From an uncultured Pseudomonadota bacterium (GTDB taxonomy: Bacteria > Pseudomonadota > Gammaproteobacteria > DASZBR01): a stretch of DNA of 64,000 nt. The notes beneath the pieces were generated by a model that was not told where the DNA came from, made no database searches, and saw only the letters and a list, made by a program, of their open reading frames with translations. This document shows, piece after piece, positions 29,046 to 40,359 of the stretch. The stretch spans positions 8,966 through 72,965 of the forward strand of contig CAVQJZ010000001.1 of the NCBI GenBank assembly GCA_963712965.1. Reading direction: 5' to 3'. The translations under genes were made by a program, and so were the position numbers. Positions within the stretch are counted from its first letter, which is position 1, and each line of letters begins with the position of its first letter.

Positions 29046-31382
29046 TTAAAAACTGGTGCCAATATTAAAACTAAATGGTTCAGTCTGATCTTGTGGCTTC
29101 GGATTGAGCGCTTTAGCGAGAGCCACTTCCAACACCGCATTTAATATAGGTAAGCGCCACTGAATATCAAAACCGGTGGAATAACGCAACTGTCCAAGAT
29201 TGATACCGACTTGTTGCTGCCCAATATTATACACATTGCGCGTCGCATACACGTCACCACTGTCCACAAACACGCTGGTACGCACATTATCTTTATCAAT
29301 AGGATTAGGAAAAATAAATTCTGCACTGCCTGCAATTAATGCATTACCACCCATTGGATTGCCTTGATTATCTTGAGGACCCAAGGTGTTGGTTTCATAA
29401 CCACGCACAGCACCATCGTACCCTAAACCACCAGCATAATAATTCACGAAAAACGGCAGGCCTTGCGTGCGGCCATAACCATTACCATAACCTAATGCGC
29501 CACTGAATCCAGCGATATACTCATGGCTTTCACTCAATGGCTGATATAAATGTGCTTGATAAGTGGCTGTATAATAATCCAATGCATTACCTGACAATGG
29601 CCCTGATGCCGACACATTAAATTGTTGGTAACTACCATCAGTAGGCAAATAAGCTCGATCCAAATCATTGCGCGTTAAACCAAAACTTAATAACGTTTGA
29701 TTAAATGCAGACCCTTGTGCGGCAGCAAAACTTTGTACTTGAATCGATGGATTATCGCCCAAATGCAATGTGGTACGTTGTGCACCCACACCGAATTGAT
29801 AACTGTCTTCTTCACTAAACGGAATACTGTACGTCAACATGCCGCCATACGTGGTAAAACTATATGGCTCTAAATTCACAGCACCTGGCGTTGTTTCTGT
29901 ATTGTAAACATTGAAACCACGTTGCACACCATCGGCGGTGTAATAAGGATTATTGTAATTAAAACTATATGTTCGTGCGTATTCACTACGATTAAAATTA
30001 AGGCCTACTGATCTGCCAGTACCTAAGAAATTACTTTCATTAACACCTGCTTGCAACACCACGCCATCGGTACTATAGCCTGCACCAAAAGTCGCTTGCG
30101 CAGAAGGTGTTTCCGTTACTTTATAATCTAGATCTACTTGATTAGGCGAATTTGGCACCGGGGTTACATTTTCTTGCACATGCTGGAAAAACCCGAGCAA
30201 ATTAATTTGACGCTTCGATTCGCGAATATTTTTAACGGAAGCCACTTCACCTTCCATTTGTCGCATAGAACTACGCAACACAGAATCAGACGTAGCCGTA
30301 TTACCGGAAAAATGCACATAACGAATATAAATACGATTCCCAGGACGAATAACGAAATGCACAAACAATGTTTTATTTTGTTCGTTAACGACAGGCTCTG
30401 TTTTAATATCGGCAAACGTATAACCAACATTACCTAACGCATCACCCATTGCTTTAGTTGCGGCTTCCAGTTTTGATTTGGAAAATACCATGCCCGATTT
30501 TAATTCTTTCACGGCAGGTAACGCCAAAAATGTGGCTTTAGGCAAAATCAGTTGCCCACTTAAATCAAAACCACTGAAGTGGTATTGCGCACCTTCAGTC
30601 ACGTGAATAATTAATGTCACATATTCACGATTAGGTGTTAACACCGCATGCGCACTATCTACTTTAAAATGGATATACCCACGATCAAGATAATAATCAC
30701 TTAACGCTTGCAATGATTTATTTAAATCTTGCGCTGAATAATGATCATGATGCGTGACAAATGAATCCCATTTAGGCGCGGTCAATGTTAGGGCATTAAT
30801 CAAATCACTGGCAGAAAACACTTTATTCCCAGTAATTTGAATTTTCTTCACCAACACTACTCGCCCTTCTGAAATTTTAATATCCACCGCAACACGCTGA
30901 CGTGATTTTGGTGTGATGTTAGTCACCACATACGCGTTGTAATGTCCTTCTTGGTAATATTCATCTTCTAAACTTGTCACGACTTCATCAAGCGTGGATT
31001 GATTAAATACTTGTCCACGAACGAGCCCTAAACTTTTTAAGACTTTATCAATCTGATCTTTAGTAATGAGTTTATTACCAGACACGGTAATGCTTGAAAT
31101 GACAGGACGTTCACTCACTTTAATAATTAAGGCATTACCAACACGCGTTAAAGCAACATTATTAAAAAATCCGGTTTCATAGAGTGCAGTGATAATTTGC
31201 GTGCCTTTGGCTGACGTAAAAGTTTGCCCCACTTTAAGAGGCACATTTTTCATGACGGTGTTTTGATTAATTCCCTGCAACCCTTCAATACGAATTTGTT
31301 GCACGACAAAACTATCCGCGAAGGCTTGAGAGCTCAAAAGTAATAACGACAATAATAAAATTATTCTGCGTAAGAAATTCAT
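29046..31382 (-). CDS. bamA: Outer membrane protein assembly factor BamA
   Basis: 778 aa with a signal peptide, POTRA repeats, a C-terminal beta-barrel, and a terminal Phe (...FNIGTSF). Confidence 0.95.
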   Translation of the reverse strand: MNFLRRIILLLSLLLLSSQAFADSFVVQQIRIEGLQGINQNTVMKNVPLKVGQTFTSAKGTQIITALYETGFFNNVALTRVGNALIIKVSERPVISSITVSGNKLITKDQIDKVLKSLGLVRGQVFNQSTLDEVVTSLEDEYYQEGHYNAYVVTNITPKSRQRVAVDIKISEGRVVLVKKIQITGNKVFSASDLINALTLTAPKWDSFVTHHDHYSAQDLNKSLQALSDYYLDRGYIHFKVDSAHAVLTPNREYVTLIIHVTEGAQYHFSGFDLSGQLILPKATFLALPAVKELKSGMVFSKSKLEAATKAMGDALGNVGYTFADIKTEPVVNEQNKTLFVHFVIRPGNRIYIRYVHFSGNTATSDSVLRSSMRQMEGEVASVKNIRESKRQINLLGFFQHVQENVTPVPNSPNQVDLDYKVTETPSAQATFGAGYSTDGVVLQAGVNESNFLGTGRSVGLNFNRSEYARTYSFNYNNPYYTADGVQRGFNVYNTETTPGAVNLEPYSFTTYGGMLTYSIPFSEEDSYQFGVGAQRTTLHLGDNPSIQVQSFAAAQGSAFNQTLLSFGLTRNDLDRAYLPTDGSYQQFNVSASGPLSGNALDYYTATYQAHLYQPLSESHEYIAGFSGALGYGNGYGRTQGLPFFVNYYAGGLGYDGAVRGYETNTLGPQDNQGNPMGGNALIAGSAEFIFPNPIDKDNVRTSVFVDSGDVYATRNVYNIGQQQVGINLGQLRYSTGFDIQWRLPILNAVLEVALAKALNPKPQDQTEPFSFNIGTSF

Positions 31383-31426
31383 CGATGTAGTGACACCCTT
31401 AAAAAAGTTTGGCGATTATAGAGACT

Positions 31427-32245
31427 TTAGCCGCCTAAGCCAAACCATAAAACACATAAAGCAAAAAGTGGTGCGGCAGTTGTGAGGCTGTCGATGCGAT
31501 CGAGCAACCCACCATGCCCTGGCAACAGATGACCGCTGTCTTTCAATTTTTCCTGGCGCTTTAATAAGCTTTCATTCAAGTCGCCAATGATCGAAGCACC
31601 TGCTGTCAAAAGACTTAATAAGAGAAAAACAACCAAATGACCAGCACTCAAATGCAATCGTTGACTCATGATCAACGCCATGATCAATGCAACGCCTAAA
31701 CCACCCCACACACCTTCCCAAGTTTTATTGGGGCTAATCGGTTCAATCAAGTGACGCTTGCCAAAACGCGTGCCTACAAAATATGCGCCCACATCGGCGC
31801 CAAAAATGATCAAGAATAACGTCAATAACCATAAGGAACGTTCTTGATAGAAATTTAAAAAACTAATCGCTAATAAACAAGGTACGAGTGCCACCACACC
31901 TAAGCACAAACGAAATACGGTTGATTGAACAAGCCATAATGCCCATGGTTTTGAGCGCGCATAAGCCCGAAGGAGCAAAGGAGACAACACTGTCACTGCC
32001 ACGCTAGGTACAAACATCCATACCAATGGCAAACGCATACTGAATAAAAAAAGCGTCGCTAAGAAAAAGACAAAAAATAATCTAACAAAACCGATCTTTA
32101 TTCCTGATAAACGCGCCCACTCCCAACCGGCCAGCAATGTGATCGCTCCCACTAGTAACGTCCATGACAGTGGTTTTAACGTAAACATAGCGAATAAAAC
32201 CAACGCAAATAAAATCATCGCAGTCACAACTCGTTTGATCAACAT
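31427..32245 (-). CDS. cdsA: Phosphatidate cytidylyltransferase
   Basis: Signature SLLKRQEKLKDSGHLLPGHGGLLDRIDS. Confidence 0.93.
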   Translation of the reverse strand: MLIKRVVTAMILFALVLFAMFTLKPLSWTLLVGAITLLAGWEWARLSGIKIGFVRLFFVFFLATLFLFSMRLPLVWMFVPSVAVTVLSPLLLRAYARSKPWALWLVQSTVFRLCLGVVALVPCLLAISFLNFYQERSLWLLTLFLIIFGADVGAYFVGTRFGKRHLIEPISPNKTWEGVWGGLGVALIMALIMSQRLHLSAGHLVVFLLLSLLTAGASIIGDLNESLLKRQEKLKDSGHLLPGHGGLLDRIDSLTTAAPLFALCVLWFGLGG

Positions 32246-32970
32246 GCTTTACTTTCTCCCTCTTCGTTTACGTTACCAAAGCGACGATCGCGCTTCGTGT
32301 AAAAATCCAATGCCTTAGTAAATTCACCCTCATCAAAATCGGGCCACAAGACATCTGTGAAATATAACTCGGTATAGGCCAATTGCCATAATAAAAAATT
32401 GCTCAAGCGTTGTTCACCCGAAGTACGAATCAGTAAATCAGGCGCTGGCAAATCTTGCGTTGCTAAATATGACGTAATTCTATCGGGCTGAATATCTGCT
32501 ACTTGCAAATCGCCGTTGAGCACATCACGTGCAATTTGCTGACAAGCATTCACGATATCCCATTGTCCGCCGTAATCTACGGCGATTAATAATTTCATAC
32601 CCGTATTATCTTTGGTCAATGCCTGCGCTTCCAAAATCGCGCTGTGTAATTCTGGATTAAACCGTGAAAGATTGCCAATCATGCGTAATTGAATATTATT
32701 TTCATGTAATTTTTTAATTTCTTGTTTCAATGCCGTGACAAATAAATTCATGAGAAAATCAATTTCAGTTTGTGGACGCTGCCAATTTTCACTGCTAAAA
32801 GCAAACAGCGTTAACACTTGAACACCTTTTTTTGCGGCGTTTTGAATGATCTGGCGCACCGTTTCAAAACCTTTTTTGTGCCCAGCCACGCGTGGTAAAT
32901 GACGCGCTTTAGCCCAACGACCATTACCGTCCATAATGATGGCAATATGTTGTGGGCAAGTAGCAGACAT
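32239..32970 (-). CDS. uppS: Undecaprenyl-diphosphate synthase
   Basis: HIAIIMDGNGRWA...LTLFAFSSENW...IRTSGEQRLSNFLLWQ. Confidence 0.95.
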   Translation of the reverse strand: MSATCPQHIAIIMDGNGRWAKARHLPRVAGHKKGFETVRQIIQNAAKKGVQVLTLFAFSSENWQRPQTEIDFLMNLFVTALKQEIKKLHENNIQLRMIGNLSRFNPELHSAILEAQALTKDNTGMKLLIAVDYGGQWDIVNACQQIARDVLNGDLQVADIQPDRITSYLATQDLPAPDLLIRTSGEQRLSNFLLWQLAYTELYFTDVLWPDFDEGEFTKALDFYTKRDRRFGNVNEEGESKAC

Positions 32971-33551
32971 TAATTTACTACCTTATCGCGTATATAAACT
33001 GGCATGGCTTGCTCAAGCGTGCAGGTTTTTCCTTGCGCAAAATCAATTTGTGCTAATTGCACAATGGTACGTGCCGAAGGATAAAGATCGATGTCCATTT
33101 TTTCACTCTCTTGCAACAATCCAACATGTTCTTCGCCTATTAACTGCATATCATGTTCACGATATTCGTAATTAGCCCAATACATTTCTTGCATACGCGC
33201 ATCCATCCACGCCATTACTTTCGTCGTTCCTTTTTTTTGATAAGCGGCATACGCTAATGCACGCAATGTAGACACAGGTAACAACGGCAAATCATGCGCT
33301 ACAGCAAATGCTTGCGCGATAGCACACGCCATACGCACACCGGTAAAACTACCCGGACCACGACCAAACGCAATGGCGGATAATTGCGAAAATGAAATGG
33401 CTGCTTCCGCCAGCAAACTCTCACACATCGGCAAAATTAAATTCGCGTGTTCGCGCGGCGCGATTTCAAAACGCTCAGTAATATTACCTTGGTGCAACAA
33501 TGCAGTAGAACAGGCATTGGTTGATGTTTCGATAGCTAAAATAGTTGGCAC
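32970..33551 (-). CDS. tsaB: tRNA t6A biosynthesis protein TsaB (YeaZ)
   Basis: ILAIETSTNACSTAL...GPGSFTGVRM. Confidence 0.88.
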   Translation of the reverse strand: MPTILAIETSTNACSTALLHQGNITERFEIAPREHANLILPMCESLLAEAAISFSQLSAIAFGRGPGSFTGVRMACAIAQAFAVAHDLPLLPVSTLRALAYAAYQKKGTTKVMAWMDARMQEMYWANYEYREHDMQLIGEEHVGLLQESEKMDIDLYPSARTIVQLAQIDFAQGKTCTLEQAMPVYIRDKVVN

Positions 33552-33560
33552 AAGAAACCT

Positions 33561-33884
33561 TTACTCTTCTAAATACTGCAATTTATCTTCTTTTCCATTC
33601 CATTGTTCAGCATCCGGCGCAGGATCTTTTTTATGATTTAAATTCGGCCATTTTTTAGCAAGCTTGGCATTAATATCTTTAAATGACGCAAGATTTTGCG
33701 GTAAATCATCTTCTGAAAAAATAGCTTTGGAAGGACACTCGGGTTCACACAATGCGCAATCAATACATTCATCGGGATTAATGACTAAAAAATTAGGCCC
33801 CTCATAAAAGCAATCTACCGGGCATACTTCAACGCAATCGGTAAATTTACATTTAATACAATTTTCAGTGACAACAAATGCCAT
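33561..33884 (-). CDS. fdxA: 7Fe ferredoxin (Azotobacter type)
   Basis: [18 protein letters not shown]...[12 protein letters not shown]. Confidence 0.93.
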   Translation of the reverse strand: MAFVVTENCIKCKFTDCVEVCPVDCFYEGPNFLVINPDECIDCALCEPECPSKAIFSEDDLPQNLASFKDINAKLAKKWPNLNHKKDPAPDAEQWNGKEDKLQYLEE

Positions 33885-33894
33885 ACCTCATCCT

Positions 33895-35277
33895 CTAGAT
33901 TATTTTTTTCGGAAATCTCACTTCAACTTGCAATCCTTGACCGCTCGGCGGGCAACCTAATTTCACTTCCGCATTATGCAAACGCGAAATTTGTTGCACG
34001 ATAGCCAATCCCAAACCGCTGCCCGTCACATTATTGCCTACGACGCGATAGAAACGTTCAAACACACGCGAGCGTAATTCCGCAGGAATTCCCGGGCCCG
34101 AATCCGCTACGCGAAATAAAATATAGTCTGTTTCTTCAGCGACAGTGATTTTAATATTACCGCGTTCCGGTGTGTAACGAATGGCGTTATCAACCAAATT
34201 GCGTATTAAAATACTTAATCCTGTTAAATTACCTTTAAGCATTAATATTGATGCCGTCGTATTTAATTCTAATTCAATTTGTTTAGCGACAGCGCTCGGT
34301 GCCAATTGCGCAATCACTTCGGTCACTAATTTAGAAAAATTAACGTCCGTGACATCATGCACACCATCGGCTTCTGGCACTAAACGACTTAATGTTAATA
34401 ACTGCTGCACAATGTGTGCACTACGATCAACACCCAAAATAATATTTTGTAATAACGTGTGGCGCTCACTTTCATCATGTGTTTTGAGCGCGACTTGTGC
34501 TTGTGTTTTTAGCGCGGCCAACGGTGTGCGTAATTCATGCGCAGCATCCGCCGCAAAACGTTTCTCACGCTCAAACGCTTGACGTAACCGCAAAAATAAT
34601 TGGTTTAATTCATCAATTAAGGGGCTAACTTCTACTGGGACGGATTGCACATCAACAGGTTCTAAATATGTTGGCGCACGATTTCGCACTTCGGCGGTTA
34701 CCCGCTCCAAACTTTTCATTCCCCAGCCGACAATAAACCAAATTAATAATCCAGCAATCGGATAAATTAATAGCATGATGTAAATATCGTTTTGCGCAAT
34801 ACGATGGACTAATTGATCACGAATATCGTAGCGTTCCGCCACAATAAAATCCGCGTTCGTTTTCACATCATGCACTTTATATACACGCCACATACCAAAA
34901 TGTTTTAACGCAATATCTGACAACCCCATCTGCGCTTCGTCTAAATTAATGTGCACATCGCGCGGCGAACTAAATAACAGCTTATGTTGCGCGCCCCATA
35001 CTTGAAAATGATAACGTCCTTGATACATGAGGTATTTGCTTTTTGCTTGCTGCAAAACAACATCGAAATTACTTTGCGCTTGCGTAAGTTCTTGTGGAGT
35101 AAAGTGTACTGACATGATTGCTTCAAACGACAAACCGACTTGTTCTAATAACGCATCCATGTGTCCACGCACATCGGATTGCCCTAAATAATAATCGATC
35201 GCCGCATTTAACGATGTAATAAAAACAATCGCGATCAGTAAATTAACTAAGAGAAATCGGCGAATAGAACGTGTCAT
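33895..35277 (-). CDS. pmrB: Two-component sensor histidine kinase, PmrB/QseC-like
   Basis: Two TM segments; H-box AADAAHELRTPL; N/G boxes LVDNAIRYTP, DSGPGIP, GSGLGLAIV. 4-nt overlap with the upstream response regulator gene. The orthology name is an inference. Confidence 0.8.
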   Translation of the reverse strand: MTRSIRRFLLVNLLIAIVFITSLNAAIDYYLGQSDVRGHMDALLEQVGLSFEAIMSVHFTPQELTQAQSNFDVVLQQAKSKYLMYQGRYHFQVWGAQHKLLFSSPRDVHINLDEAQMGLSDIALKHFGMWRVYKVHDVKTNADFIVAERYDIRDQLVHRIAQNDIYIMLLIYPIAGLLIWFIVGWGMKSLERVTAEVRNRAPTYLEPVDVQSVPVEVSPLIDELNQLFLRLRQAFEREKRFAADAAHELRTPLAALKTQAQVALKTHDESERHTLLQNIILGVDRSAHIVQQLLTLSRLVPEADGVHDVTDVNFSKLVTEVIAQLAPSAVAKQIELELNTTASILMLKGNLTGLSILIRNLVDNAIRYTPERGNIKITVAEETDYILFRVADSGPGIPAELRSRVFERFYRVVGNNVTGSGLGLAIVQQISRLHNAEVKLGCPPSGQGLQVEVRFPKKII

Positions 35278-35951
35278 GTTTCTTTTTCTACCATATAACC
35301 CACACCACGAATGGTACGAATCACATCATTGCCAACTTTTTTGCGGATATTATGAATGTGAACTTCTAACGTATTGCTATCAACATCTTCTTCCCAACCA
35401 TACAAACTTTGCGTCAGCAATTCACGCGACAATACATGCCCCGCGTTTTCTAACAATTTTTGCAATAAAGCAAATTCACGTCGCGGCAAACTCACGTTTT
35501 CCTCACCACGTTTAATCGTATGTGCAGCAGGATCTAAAGAAAGGTCTTTGTAATTAATGACAGGTAATGCACGTGCGGAAAAACGACGTTGCAATGCGCG
35601 CAAGCGTGCGCACAATTCTTCCATCTCAAAAGGTTTAGTTAAATAATCATCGGCGCCACTGTCCAATCCTTTAACGCGATCATTCAAGGTATCTTGCGCC
35701 GTTAAAATTAAAACCGGAATGGTAATGCCTTCTTTGCGTACCGTTTGCAAAACGGTTAAACCACTGACTTTGGGCAACCCCAAATCTAAAACGACAATAT
35801 CAAATTTTTCTAAATCTGCATTTTTAAACTGTAATGCGTGAATAGCGGCTTGACCATCTTTGACCCAATCGATCACATGTCCATCGTGCTTCAACCCTGC
35901 TCGTATGCCAAACCCAAGCAGCTCGTCATCCTCAACCAGTAGTACCCGCAT
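35274..35951 (-). CDS. pmrA: OmpR-family response regulator, PmrA/QseB-like
   Basis: Receiver domain (MRVLLVEDDE, VVLDLGLP, LTKPF) and winged-helix output (TLEVHIHNIRKK...IRTIRGVGYMV). The orthology name is inferred from family, Legionellales context and the PmrA-type boxes in this window. Confidence 0.8.
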   Translation of the reverse strand: MRVLLVEDDELLGFGIRAGLKHDGHVIDWVKDGQAAIHALQFKNADLEKFDIVVLDLGLPKVSGLTVLQTVRKEGITIPVLILTAQDTLNDRVKGLDSGADDYLTKPFEMEELCARLRALQRRFSARALPVINYKDLSLDPAAHTIKRGEENVSLPRREFALLQKLLENAGHVLSRELLTQSLYGWEEDVDSNTLEVHIHNIRKKVGNDVIRTIRGVGYMVEKET

Positions 35952-35975
35952 AAATCCTCCACCTTTAATAAGGCG

Positions 35976-37367
35976 TTATAACGCAGATGAGCATGTTTGT
36001 TCAACCGCATCGATCGATTTGGCAATATCTTTACTGAAATTTTCATAACCTTGCTCGGTAACCACGATGTTATCTTCGATACGAATACCGCCAAAATCAA
36101 GATAAGATGCGAGTGCTTCATAGTTAATATATTGAGTAAATTTGTTTTGTTGCTGCCATTGGCGAATCAAAAGCGGAATAAAATAAATACCTGGTTCAAC
36201 CGTTAACACATACCCCGGCATTAATGCGCGAGCAAAACGCAAATGATTCAACCCAAATTGTTCGCTACGTTTTATGTTATCTGGATAACCCACCGCGCTT
36301 TCACCCAACGCTTCCATATCATGCACATCTAAACCTAACGCATGCCCTAAACCATGCGGGAAAAATAATGCATACGCACCTTGCGCTACGGCTTCTTGCA
36401 TATCGCCTTGCATCAAACCTAATTTTTTTAATCCTTCCATACCACACAACGCTGCTGCTAAATGCATATCACGATAAGAAACACCGGGTTTAATCATCGA
36501 CAACGCCAGTGCTTGCATGTCGTGTACTAATTGATAAATTTCACGTTGCTTCGTGGAGAATTTTCCATTCACTGGAAACGTGCGCGTAATGTCGCTGGCA
36601 TAAAACAACGGCGATGATGCAGCGGAATCATTTAAAATTAACTGCCCGTCTTGCATGACATTGTTATAATGTTCGTTGTGCAAAAATTCACCATGCACAG
36701 AAAAAATAATGGGATACGATAATTGCCTGCCATGCGCTATGGCTTCCGCACTCATTTGCGCAACAACTTCTTGTTCAACGATACCCGGGCGACTCATCTG
36801 CATCGCTAATTCATGCATGCGCTTGGTTACTTGCATCGCATTTTTTATTTCATTAATTTCTTCAGCCGACTTAACAATACGTTGCGCTACCACTTGCTGA
36901 ATAAATGCTGAGGTTCCTTTTGCGGCCTCGCTTAAACTGATCTCTAATAATTGATGTAATTTTATTTTGCTTTCACCACGAAATTGCGGCAGAAAATGCA
37001 CAGTACGATTTTGTTTTTTTGCGGCCTTGAGAAATGTTTCACAAGACTGCCAACTCATGACTTCTTTCATTCCTGTTTTTTGCGCTAAATCTTTTAATGT
37101 TGGCTGCTCACCCGTCCACACCATTTCTGCAACACTGACTTCATCACCCACCAAGTATTCTTTTTGTGCATCGATATCAATCATCACCGCAAGCTTGGGA
37201 AAAGCAAGTCCACAGTAATAAAGAAAACTGGACTCTTGGCGAAAAGGATAAAGATGTGCTTTATAACTCATGGGACTTTGTTCATGTCCCAATAAAAAAA
37301 CCACGCCACTTTTCAATGCTGACAAAAGCTGTTGGCGACGCGTTTGGTAAGTTTTGTGATCGAACAT
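35976..37367 (-). CDS. Xaa-Pro aminopeptidase (M24B, PepP/PepQ family)
   Basis: Metal-ligand motifs ASDITRTFP, HGLGHALGLDVHD, VLTVEPGIY, IRIEDNIVV. Confidence 0.88.
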   Translation of the reverse strand: MFDHKTYQTRRQQLLSALKSGVVFLLGHEQSPMSYKAHLYPFRQESSFLYYCGLAFPKLAVMIDIDAQKEYLVGDEVSVAEMVWTGEQPTLKDLAQKTGMKEVMSWQSCETFLKAAKKQNRTVHFLPQFRGESKIKLHQLLEISLSEAAKGTSAFIQQVVAQRIVKSAEEINEIKNAMQVTKRMHELAMQMSRPGIVEQEVVAQMSAEAIAHGRQLSYPIIFSVHGEFLHNEHYNNVMQDGQLILNDSAASSPLFYASDITRTFPVNGKFSTKQREIYQLVHDMQALALSMIKPGVSYRDMHLAAALCGMEGLKKLGLMQGDMQEAVAQGAYALFFPHGLGHALGLDVHDMEALGESAVGYPDNIKRSEQFGLNHLRFARALMPGYVLTVEPGIYFIPLLIRQWQQQNKFTQYINYEALASYLDFGGIRIEDNIVVTEQGYENFSKDIAKSIDAVEQTCSSAL

Positions 37368-37470
37368 GATATAAGTCCTAAAATTTCGATTCTAAACTCA
37401 TCAACCACTTTGGCAAGCCTGGCATTTCGTAGTACCATCCGTGGGTTTTATCACTTATAAAGGAACCATC

Positions 37471-38724
37471 GTGTTCAGACCTGTATCGCTATATATCGGC
37501 CTACGTTACACCCGCGCGAAACGACGCAATCACTTCATCTCATTCATCTCGCTCACCTCTATGATCGGCATTGCCTTAGGTGTAATGGTGTTAATCACCG
37601 TGCTTTCCGTGATGAATGGTTTTGACCAACAAATTCGCCAACATTTTTTTGCGATGGCGCAACAGGTCACCGTGCGTGGTATGGATGGACAATTAGCCAA
37701 TTGGGAAACGATGTCGAAAAAAATTACCCAAACCAATCCAGAAGTTATAGGCACAGCGCCTTATGTTGTCGGCCAAGGATTACTCACCAATAGCGGACAA
37801 AGCCAAGCCGTTTTAGTGTATGGCGTTGATGCGCAACGCGAACGACAAGTCTCTGAACTTTCACAAAAAATGGTCGAAGGAAAATTACGTGATTTACGCC
37901 CCAATCGTTTCGGTGTAGTCCTGGGTGCAAAACTCGCGCAAAATTTAGGCGTTGGCGTTGGTGGCAAAGTAAATTTATTAATTCCTAGTGCCTCATTCAC
38001 CCCCGTCGGTGTTTTTCCACGCTTTAAACTTTTTACCGTCGTTGGCATTTTCAAAGTCGGCAATGGTTTTGGTTATGATGATCAATTTGCCTATATTGAT
38101 ATGCACGATGCGCAAACATTATTTATGTTGGGCACTCACGTAAGTGGCTTGCAATTAAAATTATCCAATATGTTTTTAGCGCCGCAAATTACACAAAATC
38201 TTACGCAACAATTACCCGCAGGTTATCTTGTGAGCGACTGGACACAAACCTATGGTGCTTTCTTTCAAGCTGTGAAGCTTGAAAAAACCATGATGTTTTT
38301 AATGTTAATTTTAATCATCGCCGTTGCGGCATTTAATTTAGTATCGTCGTTGGTGATGGTTGTTACTGACAAGAAATCAGACATCGCGATTTTGCGAACA
38401 CTGGGCGCGACACCACGCATGATTTTATCTATCTTTATTGTGCAAGGTGCGATTGTCGGCATTGTAGGAACATTGATTGGATTAATCACGGGCGTGATTT
38501 TAGCGTTACATGTCACGGAATTAGTCAATTGGATACAAGCGATTTTTCATGTGCAATTACTTTCTTCCGATGTGTATTACGTTAATTATTTGCCGTCTAA
38601 ATTAGAAGCAAGCGATGTATGGCATATTTGTTTACTCGCGCTAGCATTAAGTTTATTAGCCACCCTTTATCCCGCTTGGCGCGCATCGCGCACACAACCA
38701 GCAGAGGCATTACGTTATGAATAA
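37471..38724 (+). CDS. lolC: Lipoprotein-releasing system permease, LolC/LolE family (only one permease gene is adjacent to lolD)
   Basis: [27 protein letters not shown] matches the LolC/E N-terminus; FtsX-type C-terminal TMs. The probable GTG start at 37471 has an AAGGA RBS. Confidence 0.88.
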   Translation: MFRPVSLYIGLRYTRAKRRNHFISFISLTSMIGIALGVMVLITVLSVMNGFDQQIRQHFFAMAQQVTVRGMDGQLANWETMSKKITQTNPEVIGTAPYVVGQGLLTNSGQSQAVLVYGVDAQRERQVSELSQKMVEGKLRDLRPNRFGVVLGAKLAQNLGVGVGGKVNLLIPSASFTPVGVFPRFKLFTVVGIFKVGNGFGYDDQFAYIDMHDAQTLFMLGTHVSGLQLKLSNMFLAPQITQNLTQQLPAGYLVSDWTQTYGAFFQAVKLEKTMMFLMLILIIAVAAFNLVSSLVMVVTDKKSDIAILRTLGATPRMILSIFIVQGAIVGIVGTLIGLITGVILALHVTELVNWIQAIFHVQLLSSDVYYVNYLPSKLEASDVWHICLLALALSLLATLYPAWRASRTQPAEALRYE

Positions 38725-39415
38725 GATTAATAAAGCAGCGGTTTTACAATGCGAAAATTTAGCCAAAACATTTCATGATGGTGCATTGCATGTCGACGTA
38801 TTAAAGAAAATTAATTTTCAAGTAGCACCCGCTGAAAAAATTGCCATTATCGGCGCTTCGGGTTCTGGCAAAAGTACGTTATTACATTTGTTAGGTGGAT
38901 TAGACACACCCACCCACGGCAAAATTTTAATTGCGGGCAAAGAAATGACCGCTTTAACCGATGCGCAACGCAGCAAATTACGCAATCAATATTTAGGCTT
39001 CATTTATCAATTCCATCATTTACTGCCAGAATTTACGGCATTAGAAAATGTGTGCATGCCATTACTATTGCGCGACATGCCAATTAAAGCGGCGAAAGAA
39101 AAAGCCATGCAATTATTAACGCGCGTAGGACTTGCGCAACGCACAGAACACAAGTTAGGCGAATTATCGGGTGGCGAACGACAACGTACTGCCATTGCAC
39201 GCGCATTGGTCACCGACCCCGTTTGTGTATTAGCTGATGAACCCACAGGTAATTTGGATCAACGCACCGCCAGTTATATTTATGATTTGATGTTAGAACT
39301 AAACGATGTACTCGGCACAAGCTTTGTCATCGTCACACACGATCAGCGATTAAGTGAAAAAATGCAACGCACATTAAGTTTAGAAAATGGAATATTAAAG
39401 GAGTTGGCATCATGA
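38717..39415 (+). CDS. lolD: Lipoprotein-releasing system ATP-binding protein LolD
   Basis: [27 protein letters not shown]; overlaps lolC by 8 nt. Confidence 0.93.
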   Translation: MNKINKAAVLQCENLAKTFHDGALHVDVLKKINFQVAPAEKIAIIGASGSGKSTLLHLLGGLDTPTHGKILIAGKEMTALTDAQRSKLRNQYLGFIYQFHHLLPEFTALENVCMPLLLRDMPIKAAKEKAMQLLTRVGLAQRTEHKLGELSGGERQRTAIARALVTDPVCVLADEPTGNLDQRTASYIYDLMLELNDVLGTSFVIVTHDQRLSEKMQRTLSLENGILKELAS

Positions 39416-40353
39416 CGAGCCCAATCTATTTAAGCGTGGTCATTCCCGTTTACAATGAACAAGATAATTTAACCGCACTTTTTGATCGCCTCACTAAAGT
39501 TTGCGATGACCTTCAAAAACCTTATGAGATTATCTTTATTAATGATGGCAGTCGCGATAACTCTGAAAAAATCTTAAACGATTTACAAAAAAAACGCCCC
39601 AAACAAATTCGCGTGATTCATTTTAATGGCAACTTTGGTCAACACATGGCCATTATGGCTGGCTTTGAACGTGTGCGCGGCGATATCGTTGTTACACTCG
39701 ATGCCGATTTACAAAATCCGCCTGAGCAAATTCCTAAATTAATTACAGCGATTGAAAATGGTCATGACACGGTCGGCGGCATTCGTTTAAACAGACAAGA
39801 TTCTCGTTTTCGTCGCTACGCCTCGAAATTAAATAATAAAATTCGTCATTGCATCACCGGTATCAGCATGCAAGATCAAGGCTGTATGTTACGCGCTTAC
39901 CGCAAACGCATTATTGATTTGATGGTCGCTTCCAGTGAAAGTTCTATTTTTATTCCAGCTGCCGCTTATATGTTATCGAGTAATCCGACAGAAGTTGAAG
40001 TCGAGCATAGCGAACGTGCCGCAGGCAAATCAAAATATAATCTCTATAAATTATTGCGTTTGAATTTTGATTTAATTACCGGCTACTCACTTGTGCCTTT
40101 ACAAATGTTTACCGTTGTTGGCTTGCTCATTTCATTAGCCAGCTTTTTGTTTTTTATCTACATGGCATTGCGTCGATTATTCATTGGGCCGGAAGTGCAT
40201 GGTGTTTTTACGCTGTTTGCGATTTTATATTTCTTGATGGGTATTGTTTTGATGGGGCTTGGCATTATGGGCGAATATATTGGACGTATTCATCAGAATT
40301 TACGCGCCAAACCACGTTTTGTGATTCAAGAAATCAAAGAAGATTTACATTAA
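39412..40353 (+). CDS. arnC: GT2 undecaprenyl-phosphate aminosugar transferase, ArnC-like
   Basis: VVIPVYNE...IFINDGSRD...[10 protein letters not shown] plus two C-terminal TMs. ATGA overlap with lolD. Confidence 0.8.
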   Translation: MTSPIYLSVVIPVYNEQDNLTALFDRLTKVCDDLQKPYEIIFINDGSRDNSEKILNDLQKKRPKQIRVIHFNGNFGQHMAIMAGFERVRGDIVVTLDADLQNPPEQIPKLITAIENGHDTVGGIRLNRQDSRFRRYASKLNNKIRHCITGISMQDQGCMLRAYRKRIIDLMVASSESSIFIPAAAYMLSSNPTEVEVEHSERAAGKSKYNLYKLLRLNFDLITGYSLVPLQMFTVVGLLISLASFLFFIYMALRRLFIGPEVHGVFTLFAILYFLMGIVLMGLGIMGEYIGRIHQNLRAKPRFVIQEIKEDLH

Positions 40354-40359
40354 ATTTTC

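Noticed and set aside
29046-32970. Absence of rseP between cdsA and bamA, and of dxr/frr upstream of uppS, as evidence of gene loss.
   Set aside because: Absence from the canonical position says nothing about absence from the genome. This cannot be judged from one window, so it is mentioned only as a synteny note.
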